DNA of 32,000 nt from the NCBI GenBank assembly GCA_002421785.1, contig DIRZ01000003.1, forward strand, positions 400,700-432,699. Direction: 5' to 3'. The DNA is from Candidatus Saccharimonadota bacterium. GTDB lineage: Bacteria > Patescibacteriota > Saccharimonadia > Saccharimonadales > Saccharimonadaceae. A program made the translations under genes and the position numbers. The notes beneath the pieces are model-generated. The model was given only the letters and a program-made list of their open reading frames with translations, did not search any database and was not told the DNA's origin. Of the stretch, positions 8,517-17,118 are shown piece by piece (within the stretch, counting starts at the first letter, position 1; each line of letters begins with the position of its first letter).

Positions 8517-9293
8517 ATGGACGCGCCAACGCCTCATCAGCCTCACGGGCAGCCACATATACCTACCGCAGTCGTGCCCGCCCCTTATACCGATAGCTAC
8601 GGTATTGCGAGCATCGTCCTAGCGCTATTCGCGTTCACCATTCCGGGCCTTGTCGTCGGCCTAATTGGCGCGAGCAAAGCCAAACGCATGCGTGTTTCTC
8701 CAGCCGTCTCGCGCGTGGGCTGGATACTAAACCTCGTCTTCCTAGTCATCTCTACCGTCATTCTTATTGCCGTCATTGCGTTCGTCGTTTCACATCCCGA
8801 AGAAATCAAGTCTGAGCTCTCATCGCTCAAAGATGCCTCCCGAACAACTGTTGCAGCCGGGGGTGCACGACTACTGGTGCCTATTTCTTTCGAGTCTATC
8901 GCAGAAGATTACCCTGACGCCGATATTGCCCAGGGTGATTTATTTAGCGAAGCCTATGTCATTACGTACCGTGAGTCGAGCGCTGACATTGCATCAAACA
9001 CAACAGTGAGTGACCACGCAAACCTGTCGTATCAGCAATTTATAGCTGACCCCGGATATAGCGAACAGTCCCGCACGCAGCTTACTGCCGGGAAGGTGGC
9101 CAATCCTTACGGCTACGAAATTGCTGACTATCGTATTGACGCAACCTATGAAGGACACAAGTATGTCTACGTCATACGTTATGTACGAACCGCCCAAAGC
9201 TATTACACAGTAATGAGCTGGACCATGCCAAGCCACCTTGACGACAACCAGACAACGCTCTACAACATCTTGGGGTCTTTCCAGGAACTATAG
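8517..9293 (+). CDS. Membrane protein with a DUF4190-like two-helix N-terminus and an extracytoplasmic C-terminal domain
   Basis: The ATG is 2 nt after the FKBP stop. It has a Pro/His-rich N-terminus, two hydrophobic helices (IASIVLALFAFTIPGLVVGLIGA and GWILNLVFLVISTVILIAVIAFVV), then a soluble domain of about 150 aa with no motif I recognise. Confidence 0.7.
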   Translation: MDAPTPHQPHGQPHIPTAVVPAPYTDSYGIASIVLALFAFTIPGLVVGLIGASKAKRMRVSPAVSRVGWILNLVFLVISTVILIAVIAFVVSHPEEIKSELSSLKDASRTTVAAGGARLLVPISFESIAEDYPDADIAQGDLFSEAYVITYRESSADIASNTTVSDHANLSYQQFIADPGYSEQSRTQLTAGKVANPYGYEIADYRIDATYEGHKYVYVIRYVRTAQSYYTVMSWTMPSHLDDNQTTLYNILGSFQEL

Positions 9294-9330
9294 TCCGCGT
9301 CTTATTGTGGTAATGTTTTACCCAGCGCGC

Positions 9331-9336
9331 TATACT
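9331..9336 (+). promoter_or_regulatory. -10 box TATACT 7 nt upstream of ATG 9344
   Basis: gcgcTATACT agctgca ATG; no SD. Confidence 0.5.
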
Positions 9337-9343
9337 AGCTGCA

Positions 9344-10441
9344 ATGGAACCCTTCTTTCGTACTACTGGCGTCATACTCGGTACACTTCGTGCCGAGTAT
9401 CGCCAACTCGCAAATCGCTACTTTGGTACCGTGGAACGCCTACCTGGCGACGCGCGAGCCATTTGTCAGCAAACGGTTGATCGACTTTGGGAAGGTGATT
9501 TCTATCGAACCAGTCTGGGGCACTTTGATTTCTTTTGGATGCGAGATTTTGGCACCGTCGCACAATCTCTCGTGCGGCTAGGCGAAACAAAGCGCGTCCA
9601 CCACACTCTGCAATTTGCCCTTCGTCACTATCGACGGGCAGGTGCGGTCACACTATGTATCGACTCGGTCGGCAACTGTTTTGATGCTCCGGGCAAAAGC
9701 ATTGATGCGCTCCCATGGCTGCTTCACAGCCTTCATGTCAGCGGCTACGAACTCAACAAGTCAGACATAACGTTCCTACACAGGGAGCTTCGTCGCTACC
9801 GGAAAAAGTATCTCGACGATAATGGCCACATACGAAGTATGAAGTATGCCGAGATGCGTGACGCCGTGATACACGACCGTAGCGCCTACTCCGTGGCACT
9901 GGTGGCGCGGCTGGCCTACTGTAGCGAGCAACTCCAGCTTGAATTTCCTTACAAAATGAGCCAATACCGTGAAAAGTTAATAGCTCATTACTGGAACGGA
10001 CACTACTTTAATGCAGCCTATCGAAACACCGCATTTAGCGCCGAGTGCGCGCTCTTCCCGTTTTTCCTGGGCATCGTGGATGACGCAACAATGGCCGGCC
10101 AAACATTCGATTACATTAATCAGCAGCGTCTCAATGAGCCCTACCCACTCATTTACACCAACACGCCAGAAAAGTTTCGCTACAACTGGTGGATGACCGG
10201 ACCTTGGATGCCAAATTATCAAGGAGATACCATATGGAGCTGGCACGGGGAATACTACCTCCATTTACTCAAGCGATACAAGCGCCCTGAATACAAGCGA
10301 GAGTATAAAAAATTCTCTGAAATGATTGAATTACACGGAAGTTTTCCAGAAATGCTTAACCTCGATGGAAGCTGGTATAACGCACCAGTATACAAGGGCG
10401 ATCCTGGCATGGTCTGGGCAGCATTATTTCTGGAGCTCTAG
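9344..10441 (+). CDS. Six-hairpin (alpha/alpha)6 glycoside-hydrolase-like protein (GDE_C/GH63/GH125-like), paralog of 14451..15920
   Basis: 365-aa ORF. It has FDFFWMRDFG near the N-terminus and YQGDTIWSWHGEYYLHLL...GSFPEMLNLDGS near the C-terminus. These motifs resemble six-hairpin glycosidases; the family was not resolved by eye. Confidence 0.5.
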   Translation: MEPFFRTTGVILGTLRAEYRQLANRYFGTVERLPGDARAICQQTVDRLWEGDFYRTSLGHFDFFWMRDFGTVAQSLVRLGETKRVHHTLQFALRHYRRAGAVTLCIDSVGNCFDAPGKSIDALPWLLHSLHVSGYELNKSDITFLHRELRRYRKKYLDDNGHIRSMKYAEMRDAVIHDRSAYSVALVARLAYCSEQLQLEFPYKMSQYREKLIAHYWNGHYFNAAYRNTAFSAECALFPFFLGIVDDATMAGQTFDYINQQRLNEPYPLIYTNTPEKFRYNWWMTGPWMPNYQGDTIWSWHGEYYLHLLKRYKRPEYKREYKKFSEMIELHGSFPEMLNLDGSWYNAPVYKGDPGMVWAALFLEL

Positions 10442-10483
10442 CATCGACCGGCCGCAGGGCCTGAATATTTACTCTAAGTAGGC

Positions 10484-10489
10484 TATAAT
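10484..10489 (+). promoter_or_regulatory. -10 box TATAAT 6 nt upstream of ATG 10496
   Basis: ggcTATAAT tttact ATG; no SD. Confidence 0.55.
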
Positions 10490-10495
10490 TTTACT

Positions 10496-11701
10496 ATGCG
10501 CATTGCAATCTTTACCGATGTTTACCTTCCCCTCCGTGGCGGTACCCAAACATCAATCCACAACCAAAAACTCATGCTTGAACAGGCGGGACATTCTGTC
10601 ACTATTTTCACGACACCCCATCCTGATGCTGAAGGACGAGCCGACATTGTGACAGTACAAGGCGTTAACTTCACTACCAAACGTGGCGAACAGCTCCAGC
10701 TCACAATGCCCACCCCTACCAGACAAATCCGTAACGAGTTATTAAGCCGTCAGATAGAACTCGTTCACGTCCAGACAGATTTCGGTATTGGTATTAGTGG
10801 AGCGGCGGCTGCCAAAAAACTGAATCTGCCGCTTGTCTACACATTTCACACTCTCCTTTGGGAGCAGATTGAAACACGGCCTCGCGGCGAGCAGCTTGCC
10901 GTCCACTTGTTCGAAGCTCCGATGCAAAAGACACTTACCGTACCCGAGAACTTCCATGTCGAACGTTTGCCCGGCGAACGCTCATACGCCTACAAATTCC
11001 GCCGACACGTTTGCCTTCTTGCCAGTCAAGCAGATGTCGTTATATCGCCATCACCACACATGGCAGAAAAATTCAAAGCATGGCTTCCTGCGGGAACTAT
11101 CGTCACATCGCCCAATACCGTCACCACGCCGCCGCACCAACAAACACTGCCCGCGGTTCCCACGTTCCTATGGATGGGGCGCATGATGCCCGAAAAGCGC
11201 GTACTCGATTTTTGTCACGCCATTCAACTCATTAGCAAGTACACAGACGGGGCATTCCACGCCGTCATTGTGGGCGATGGCAGCGACCTAGAGGAAGCCA
11301 GTGAGTTGCTGCGAGAAACACCTCAAGCGACACTCGCTGGATCAATCCCCAACGAACACATTAACTCGTACATTGACAACGCAAGCGCGCTTGTCATGAC
11401 ATCCCAGGGATTCGATAACCAACCAATGGTTATCACTGAAACAATTGTCGGAGGACGCGGTTTTGTGAGTATGGATAACGACCTCGTACAAGATGTCGCG
11501 CCTGGTGTGGGCGTGTTTCCTGGCGGCACTACACCTGACGACCTAGCGCGTTGCCTCGCCGAACTCATTGACAAGCCTCACCTCCTCCAACAAATGTCTG
11601 ATACCGCTGCAGCTATCGCGCCCCACTACAACGCAGCGCAAGGGCTGGAGCGCCAACTAAACGCGTATCAACAAGCGCTACAGCACTTCCACCAAGCCTA
11701 A
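10496..11701 (+). CDS. Glycosyltransferase family 4 (GT-B fold)
   Basis: MRIAIFTDVYLPLRGGTQTSIHNQKLMLEQAGHSVTIFT is a typical GT4 N-terminus. The C-terminal half has WMGRMMPEKR...VIVGDG...SQGFDNQPMVITE (E-x7-E-like region). Confidence 0.85.
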   Translation: MRIAIFTDVYLPLRGGTQTSIHNQKLMLEQAGHSVTIFTTPHPDAEGRADIVTVQGVNFTTKRGEQLQLTMPTPTRQIRNELLSRQIELVHVQTDFGIGISGAAAAKKLNLPLVYTFHTLLWEQIETRPRGEQLAVHLFEAPMQKTLTVPENFHVERLPGERSYAYKFRRHVCLLASQADVVISPSPHMAEKFKAWLPAGTIVTSPNTVTTPPHQQTLPAVPTFLWMGRMMPEKRVLDFCHAIQLISKYTDGAFHAVIVGDGSDLEEASELLRETPQATLAGSIPNEHINSYIDNASALVMTSQGFDNQPMVITETIVGGRGFVSMDNDLVQDVAPGVGVFPGGTTPDDLARCLAELIDKPHLLQQMSDTAAAIAPHYNAAQGLERQLNAYQQALQHFHQA

Positions 11702-11735
11702 ACTTTCCTCGGCTGCATTGCTCCAGAGCGAATCC

Positions 11736-12260
11736 CTAGGACCCCATGCAATAGTCGCCACCACTTTCAAGCCCGACAACAATGCGATATGCCCTTGCAC
11801 TTTCAGTGCCATCACAGTTTACACCAGGAGTATAAACAGCAATGGTTGATGACGGCACCCCGCCGCCGGATACGGTGTCAATAACCGAGTAATCAAGCCC
11901 GTCTAGCCAACTTGCTTCCGGTAGCTCGCCCCGATAATTTGTCATGAAGTCCACTACCTCTGTACTCGCCAGGCTCACGTCTGCTTTGCGGCCAGTGTCG
12001 CGTTGACTGCGCTGGAGCGCAGGGATACCGATAAAGATCATCGCGAATATCAATATGCCCAGTAGCAACCCCAAGATTCCCGTGGCAAGCCCCGCAATTG
12101 CCATTCCGCGGCGAGCAGATTTCAGTGCAATAATACCAAAAATGATAGCAAGAATCGCCAGGATAGCCGACAAAAAAGGAACAAAACATAGCACAATCGA
12201 GATAATCCCCAAGACGAGCGCCGCAACTGCAAGGCCATTATTGTTGTTCTGTGGTGCCAT
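11736..12260 (-). CDS. DUF4190-type multi-TM N-terminus fused to a pilin-like C-terminal domain
   Basis: 174 aa with SD AAAGGAG 7 nt upstream. There are three hydrophobic helices. The last runs into IPALQRSQRDTGRKADVSLASTEVVDFMTNYRGELP, a pattern typical of the region after the N-terminal helix of type IV pilins. The C-terminal Cys pair (NCDG...DYCMGS) resembles a pilin D-region. There is no G|FTxxE prepilin cleavage motif. Confidence 0.6.
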   Translation of the reverse strand: MAPQNNNNGLAVAALVLGIISIVLCFVPFLSAILAILAIIFGIIALKSARRGMAIAGLATGILGLLLGILIFAMIFIGIPALQRSQRDTGRKADVSLASTEVVDFMTNYRGELPEASWLDGLDYSVIDTVSGGGVPSSTIAVYTPGVNCDGTESARAYRIVVGLESGGDYCMGS

Positions 12261-12330
12261 TACTGATATCTCCTTTGTTATTACTCTTCACTATACCGAA
12301 GTAACCCGCTAATCCCAAGCTTTCCCACGT

Positions 12331-12360
12331 AAAAAGAGTACGCAGATGCGTACTCTTTTT
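12331..12360. terminator. Bidirectional rho-independent terminator downstream of dnaK
   Basis: AAAAAGAGTACGCA-GA-TGCGTACTCTTTTT: a GC-containing stem flanked by an A-tract and a T-tract, 15 nt after the dnaK stop. Confidence 0.85.
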
Positions 12361-12374
12361 CGTAAACGAGCTTC

Positions 12375-14273
12375 CTACTTCTCGTCGACTACTTCGCCTT
12401 CTACGGCATCGTCATCTTTTTTTGTTTTCTTCTTATCCGCATCGTCACCCTCAACTGGCGCTTCTGCCTCTGCTGATTGCTGATACATCTTGGCACCGAT
12501 TGGCATAATTGCTTCGTTAAGCGCTTTTACCGCCGCCTCGAGTTCATCCTTGTCGGTTGCATCTTTATGCTTTTCCGCTTCGGCGACTGCGTCTTCAATG
12601 GCTTTTTTATCGTCGTCACTGATTTTATCTTTGTACTCATCAGGCATTTTCTTGGCCTGGTAAATAGCATTTTCTAGTTGGTTTTTAGCATCAACTGCTT
12701 CACGCTTTTTCTTGTCATCATCAGCATGGAGCTCGGCCTCTTTTTGCGCCTTCTCGATGTCTTCTTTGCTCATGTTGCCTGATTCCTGAATGGTAATTGA
12801 CTGTTCTTTACCGGTACCCTTGTCTTTGGCGGTAACATTCAGCAGACCATTCGCGTCAAGATTAAAGGTAACCTCAATCTGTGGAACACCGCGTGGGGCG
12901 GGAGCAATTCCATCAAGCACAAACTTACCGAGCGACTTGTTATCGGCAGCAAACTCACGCTCGCCTTGCAGTACATGAATTTCAACTTGCGGCTGGTTAT
13001 CACTTGCCGTACTAAACGTTTCTGACTTACTCGTCGGAATCGTGGTATTGCGCTCAATCAATTTCGTACTCACACCACCCATCGTTTCAATACCGAGGCT
13101 CAGTGGAGTCACGTCAAGTAGCAACACGTCTTTTACGTCACCGCTCAGCACCCCACCCTGAATAGCTGCACCGATTGCGACCACTTCGTCAGGGTTAACG
13201 CCCTGCATTGGGTCTTTACCAAACAGCTTTTTAACTCGCTCAACAACAGCTGGCATACGGGTCATACCGCCGACGAGTACAACTTCGTCAATATCACCCT
13301 TCGAAAGTTTCGCATCTTTCAGTGCCTTTTCAACTGGGCCGTCCAAACGATTAAGCAAATCCGCTACCAGGCTTTCAAGCTTCGCACGAGTAAGTTTTAG
13401 CTCGAAGTGCTTCGGGCCATCAGCGTCAGCCGTAATAAACGGAATGTTTACTTCGTACTCTGTCGTGGTCGAAAGCTCTTTCTTCGCTTTTTCGGCTTCG
13501 TCCTTCAGACGTTGCATCGCTGCATTATCTTTTTTCAGGTCAATGCCATCAGTCTTCTTAAACTCATCGATAAAGTGGTTCACAATCGCGTTGTCGAAGT
13601 CTTCACCACCCAGGTGCGTGTCACCGTTTGTGCTTTTTACTTCGAACACTCCATCACCGAGCTCCAGGATTGATACGTCGAATGTACCACCACCAAGATC
13701 GAAGACAACAATTTTTTCTTCTTTACCCTTGTCGAGGCCATACGCGAGCGCAGCGGCAGTTGGCTCATTAATGATACGCTTGACTTCGAGTCCGGCAATT
13801 TTACCGGCGTCCTTTGTTGCCTGGCGCTGAGAATCGTCAAAGTACGCAGGTACAGTAATGACTGCTTCTGTTACTTTTTCACCCAGGAAGGCTTCAGCAT
13901 CGGCTTTAATTTTACTCAGAATCATTGCTGAAACTTCTTCAGGCGTATAATCCTTGTCACCCATTGTCACCGCAACGCCTGTTGCGTGTTTCACAATAGC
14001 AAACGGCATAATGTCGATATCTTTTTGAACTTCTTTGTCGCTAAATTTACGACCGATAAGTCGTTTAATACCATAAATAGTGTTTTTGGCGTTGGTCACA
14101 CGCTGACGCTGTGCAACCTGACCGACAAGTCGCTCGCCACTTTTATTTACCGCAACGACACTTGGTGTCGTACGGTTACCCTCTGCATTCGCAATAACCT
14201 CTGGTTTACCGGCCACCAAATAGGCAAAGGCGCTGTTCGTTGTGCCGAGGTCAATTCCAATGATTTTACCCAT
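12375..14273 (-). CDS. dnaK: Molecular chaperone DnaK (Hsp70)
   Basis: [14 protein letters not shown]..., [20 protein letters not shown], and an acidic Lys/Asp-rich C-terminus. SD AAGGAGA lies upstream. Confidence 0.99.
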   Translation of the reverse strand: MGKIIGIDLGTTNSAFAYLVAGKPEVIANAEGNRTTPSVVAVNKSGERLVGQVAQRQRVTNAKNTIYGIKRLIGRKFSDKEVQKDIDIMPFAIVKHATGVAVTMGDKDYTPEEVSAMILSKIKADAEAFLGEKVTEAVITVPAYFDDSQRQATKDAGKIAGLEVKRIINEPTAAALAYGLDKGKEEKIVVFDLGGGTFDVSILELGDGVFEVKSTNGDTHLGGEDFDNAIVNHFIDEFKKTDGIDLKKDNAAMQRLKDEAEKAKKELSTTTEYEVNIPFITADADGPKHFELKLTRAKLESLVADLLNRLDGPVEKALKDAKLSKGDIDEVVLVGGMTRMPAVVERVKKLFGKDPMQGVNPDEVVAIGAAIQGGVLSGDVKDVLLLDVTPLSLGIETMGGVSTKLIERNTTIPTSKSETFSTASDNQPQVEIHVLQGEREFAADNKSLGKFVLDGIAPAPRGVPQIEVTFNLDANGLLNVTAKDKGTGKEQSITIQESGNMSKEDIEKAQKEAELHADDDKKKREAVDAKNQLENAIYQAKKMPDEYKDKISDDDKKAIEDAVAEAEKHKDATDKDELEAAVKALNEAIMPIGAKMYQQSAEAEAPVEGDDADKKKTKKDDDAVEGEVVDEK

Positions 14274-14323
14274 ATTCTTCTCCTTGTTTTCTTATGAATT
14301 CTCTGTTGCACGTTGTGTGCGGT

Positions 14324-14350
14324 TTAGCACTCCTCGCAGGATAGTGCCAA
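14324..14350. promoter_or_regulatory. Second, imperfect CIRCE element in the dnaK 5' leader
   Basis: TTAGCACTC-N9-TAGTGCCAA: the left arm is perfect and the right arm has 2 mismatches. Confidence 0.6.
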
Positions 14351-14360
14351 ATCTGTTTCT

Positions 14361-14389
14361 ATGATAGGTGATTAGCACTCTCATGTCAA
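14361..14389 (-). promoter_or_regulatory. dnaK promoter (TTGACA-17-TATCAT) interlocked with CIRCE
   Basis: On the minus strand TTGACA (14389..14384) lies inside the 9-nt spacer of the perfect CIRCE. TATCAT (14366..14361) follows after 17 nt. Confidence 0.7.
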
Positions 14390-14398
14390 GAGTGCTAA
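14372..14398. promoter_or_regulatory. Perfect CIRCE operator upstream of dnaK
   Basis: TTAGCACTC-tcatgtcaa-GAGTGCTAA, an exact match to the consensus inverted repeat. Confidence 0.92.
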
Positions 14399-14438
14399 TG
14401 TGTTATTTTTAACATCACCCTTCTCTGTTTCTGCATAG

Positions 14439-14444
14439 TAAAAT
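14439..14444 (+). promoter_or_regulatory. -10 box TAAAAT 6 nt upstream of ATG 14451
   Basis: catagTAAAAT aggtaa ATG, in the region divergent from the dnaK promoter. Confidence 0.45.
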
Positions 14445-14450
14445 AGGTAA

Positions 14451-15920
14451 ATGCACTTTATTTATAGTCTTATAGGGATTATCGGCTTTGCTTCCCTTAT
14501 GGCAGTACTCACCAACCCCTTTAGCCGTCTCACTATTGTTCGTCGTCCTTATATTTCCGAGATGAAGCAAGATGCCATTGAAGCAGTCAACAACAACCAT
14601 AAACTTATCGTACGCAGTAGCCTCCCGTATCGACTATTCGGTATCTTCAAGAACGGTTTTCATATTATCGCCAGCCGCTATACTCGTCGTCCGCATGCAG
14701 ATAACGCCGAGACCGTTGATGAGATCATCAATCAAATCTATCATCTTCGATTTGATCCAAAAAAGCTACTCCTGACTTCAGGAGATCATTTTAGCTCACT
14801 TTTCGTCCGGAACCTCGGCGTTTTTTACTACCCCACGCTTGACACGCAGCTTGCCACTACCGAACAGCACTGGCATAATCGACAGCTCGTTTACCTACAA
14901 ACACTTGCCTATGCACTCGGCGTTTTTGACAAAACAACCGATCTCGCCACCACTATTGTGCCGACTGGCCGGTGGCAAGCAACGTGCGTCGACTTCCATT
15001 CCTATCCTTCTGACACCCTCTACGGGATGCTCTACGCACTTGCCGCACTAATGGGCAAAGAATCTGCTCGCCCTGCCAGCTACAACCGCGATGTCTGGAA
15101 ACTTAGTACCGTCGATGCTGCTAAGTTGTTGCGCAAAACGTACGCGGGGAGCCTGGCCCGCCACTACCAGCGCTACCGTGAACGAGCTTTCGATGAGACA
15201 TTGGGACTCATTAACCCCTCGGTGACAATGTCCGGAGCAAAAGACATTACCAAACGCCAGTCCTCGTTCTACGACAATGTCGTGTTCTGGAAAACAACAC
15301 AGCTCGCCATGGACTTAGGAATCGTCAAAAGCGACTCAGGCTTCCTGGCCGCGCTCAAAGAGCGCATCATCACAACATTTTGGCTAGAAGATGAAGGATA
15401 TTTCCTTGAAGACCTCTCAGCAGCAGGCAAACAACATAAATACTACTCATCTGATTGGCTTATCGTGCTCGCAACACATTTTCTTGATCCAGAAGACAGC
15501 ATAGAGCGAGACTATTTTGAACGTTCGATCGCCTATATTCGTAAGCAAAAAATCGCTAAACCTTTTGCGATAAAATACCAGCACGAAACGCGCGCCCACC
15601 GTCAATTTGCTATCGTACGCCTTGCCGTCGCTAGCTATGGCGGCGACTCCATTTGGAGTTTCTGGGGAATGGAATACATCAAGACGCTGATACTCCTCTA
15701 CCGTGCGACGAATAACAACAACTACCTCGAAGAAGCAGACTACCACATAGACAAGTACGAGCACGCCATGAAACGAGATCGGGGGTTCCCGGAAGTTTAT
15801 GATGCTAAAGGAGCGCTACTTCAAACGCCGCTCTACCGCAGCATCCGAATGACGGGCTGGGTAATCGGGTTTGATCAAGTGCGCGCCATGCGTCGCGCAA
15901 TCACTAGCAGCGAAGACTAA
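14451..15920 (+). CDS. Six-hairpin glycoside-hydrolase-like protein with an N-terminal membrane anchor; paralog of 9344..10441
   Basis: 489 aa. The N-terminal hydrophobic segment is IYSLIGIIGFASLMAVL. SGDHFSSLFVRNLG and YGGDSIWSFWGMEYIKTLILL...RGFPEVYDAKGA align by eye with the motifs of the 9344 protein. Confidence 0.5.
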   Translation: MHFIYSLIGIIGFASLMAVLTNPFSRLTIVRRPYISEMKQDAIEAVNNNHKLIVRSSLPYRLFGIFKNGFHIIASRYTRRPHADNAETVDEIINQIYHLRFDPKKLLLTSGDHFSSLFVRNLGVFYYPTLDTQLATTEQHWHNRQLVYLQTLAYALGVFDKTTDLATTIVPTGRWQATCVDFHSYPSDTLYGMLYALAALMGKESARPASYNRDVWKLSTVDAAKLLRKTYAGSLARHYQRYRERAFDETLGLINPSVTMSGAKDITKRQSSFYDNVVFWKTTQLAMDLGIVKSDSGFLAALKERIITTFWLEDEGYFLEDLSAAGKQHKYYSSDWLIVLATHFLDPEDSIERDYFERSIAYIRKQKIAKPFAIKYQHETRAHRQFAIVRLAVASYGGDSIWSFWGMEYIKTLILLYRATNNNNYLEEADYHIDKYEHAMKRDRGFPEVYDAKGALLQTPLYRSIRMTGWVIGFDQVRAMRRAITSSED

Positions 15921-16381
15921 CGACGAGTCACTTTAACCATTGCATGCCGAAGTGGCGTACCATTCAACAGGTAGCCCGCTTGTAGCTCCTCGTCAATCAC
16001 TTCATGCTCACCCACTGCGTCTTCATCGAACTGAACAGCCTGATGAAGTTCAGGATTGAACGGCGTCCCTGGCGTCGCTTCAATACGTACTACTTGCATT
16101 GCGGCAAGCGACTTTTCGAGCTGTTTACCAAGACCCATCACACCCTGCACCCAAGGATTCTTTGCTAAATCGGCAGGCGCATGAGCAATCGCGCGCTCAA
16201 GCGTATCAATGACGGGCAATAATTTCATAATCGATTTCATCTCACCCATACTGCCGGCATTCGTCTTTTCTTGTTCGACACGCTTACGGTAATTTTCGAA
16301 GTCTGCACGTACACGCTGCAAATCAGCGGTCAATTCGGCAATTTGCTGGGTATGTTCATCGCGTTGTTTTTTCGCTGGCAT
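15917..16381 (-). CDS. grpE: Nucleotide exchange factor GrpE
   Basis: DLQRVRADFENYRKRVEQEK, LLPVIDTLERA and FNPELHQAV are GrpE hallmarks. The ATG overlaps the hrcA stop (TAATG). Confidence 0.9.
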   Translation of the reverse strand: MPAKKQRDEHTQQIAELTADLQRVRADFENYRKRVEQEKTNAGSMGEMKSIMKLLPVIDTLERAIAHAPADLAKNPWVQGVMGLGKQLEKSLAAMQVVRIEATPGTPFNPELHQAVQFDEDAVGEHEVIDEELQAGYLLNGTPLRHAMVKVTRR

Positions 16382-17097
16382 TATAAGACCTCCTCTAACA
16401 TTGCGCCGGTTCGCCTGACGAGCTGCATGGTGCGTGCATAATTCTGACGTGTTGGGCCAAGCACACCAATATAGCTTTTGTCACTGTATGGCGATCGAAA
16501 CCGACTAATAATTAATGTCGCGCCACTGCTTTTACCAATGGGATTTTCACTCCCGATAAATACATTGAGTGGCTCATTTGGTGCGGCTTCACGCAGCCAA
16601 GGCTCCAGGTTATCCAGCAATCGCGCGACAGCTTGGATGTGCGTCCCGCTCACGTATTCTGGCTGACTAAACAAATTGCTAATGCCATTCATATACAGCT
16701 CGCTCCCAATCGTCGCGATGCCAAGGTTGCCGGTCAATTCGACCAGACCATCGACTGCGCTACGGATAGCACGGTCAGCTGCATCCTTATGCGAATGAAC
16801 GTGCGCCTCGATAGTCCTGGCGCTCCTGTCCACTCCAGTGGAAAGCTCCGTCATTTGCGCATCCGTAATGTCGTTTACATACAGGCGATAGCCCTTGTCT
16901 GTGGGAATGCGGCCAGCACTCGTGTGAGGGGCTTCAATCAATCCCATGTCTTCTAGGCGAGCCATCTCGCTTCGAATTGTCGCGCTACTCACACCGAACA
17001 GCTTGGCAAGCGTGACACTCCCTACTGGTACAGCGATCTCTGCGTACTGCTCAATAATCGCAGCAAGAATCTTAGCTTGACGTGAAGTAATTTCCAT
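16381..17097 (-). CDS. hrcA: Heat-inducible transcription repressor HrcA (short form, 238 aa)
   Basis: N-terminal wHTH: RQAKILAAIIEQYAEIAVPVGSVTLAKLFGVSSATIRSEMARLEDMGLIEAPHTSAGRIPTDKGYRLYV. C-terminal IGVLGPTRQNY. CIRCE lies upstream and grpE downstream. Confidence 0.9.
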   Translation of the reverse strand: MEITSRQAKILAAIIEQYAEIAVPVGSVTLAKLFGVSSATIRSEMARLEDMGLIEAPHTSAGRIPTDKGYRLYVNDITDAQMTELSTGVDRSARTIEAHVHSHKDAADRAIRSAVDGLVELTGNLGIATIGSELYMNGISNLFSQPEYVSGTHIQAVARLLDNLEPWLREAAPNEPLNVFIGSENPIGKSSGATLIISRFRSPYSDKSYIGVLGPTRQNYARTMQLVRRTGAMLEEVL

Positions 17098-17104
17098 ACC
17101 GTAT

Positions 17105-17110
17105 ATTATA
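17105..17110 (-). promoter_or_regulatory. -10 box TATAAT 7 nt upstream of the hrcA ATG
   Basis: Minus strand: CIRCE, ccatttgc, TATAAT, atacggt, ATG (17097); no SD. Confidence 0.6.
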
Positions 17111-17118
17111 GCAAATGG

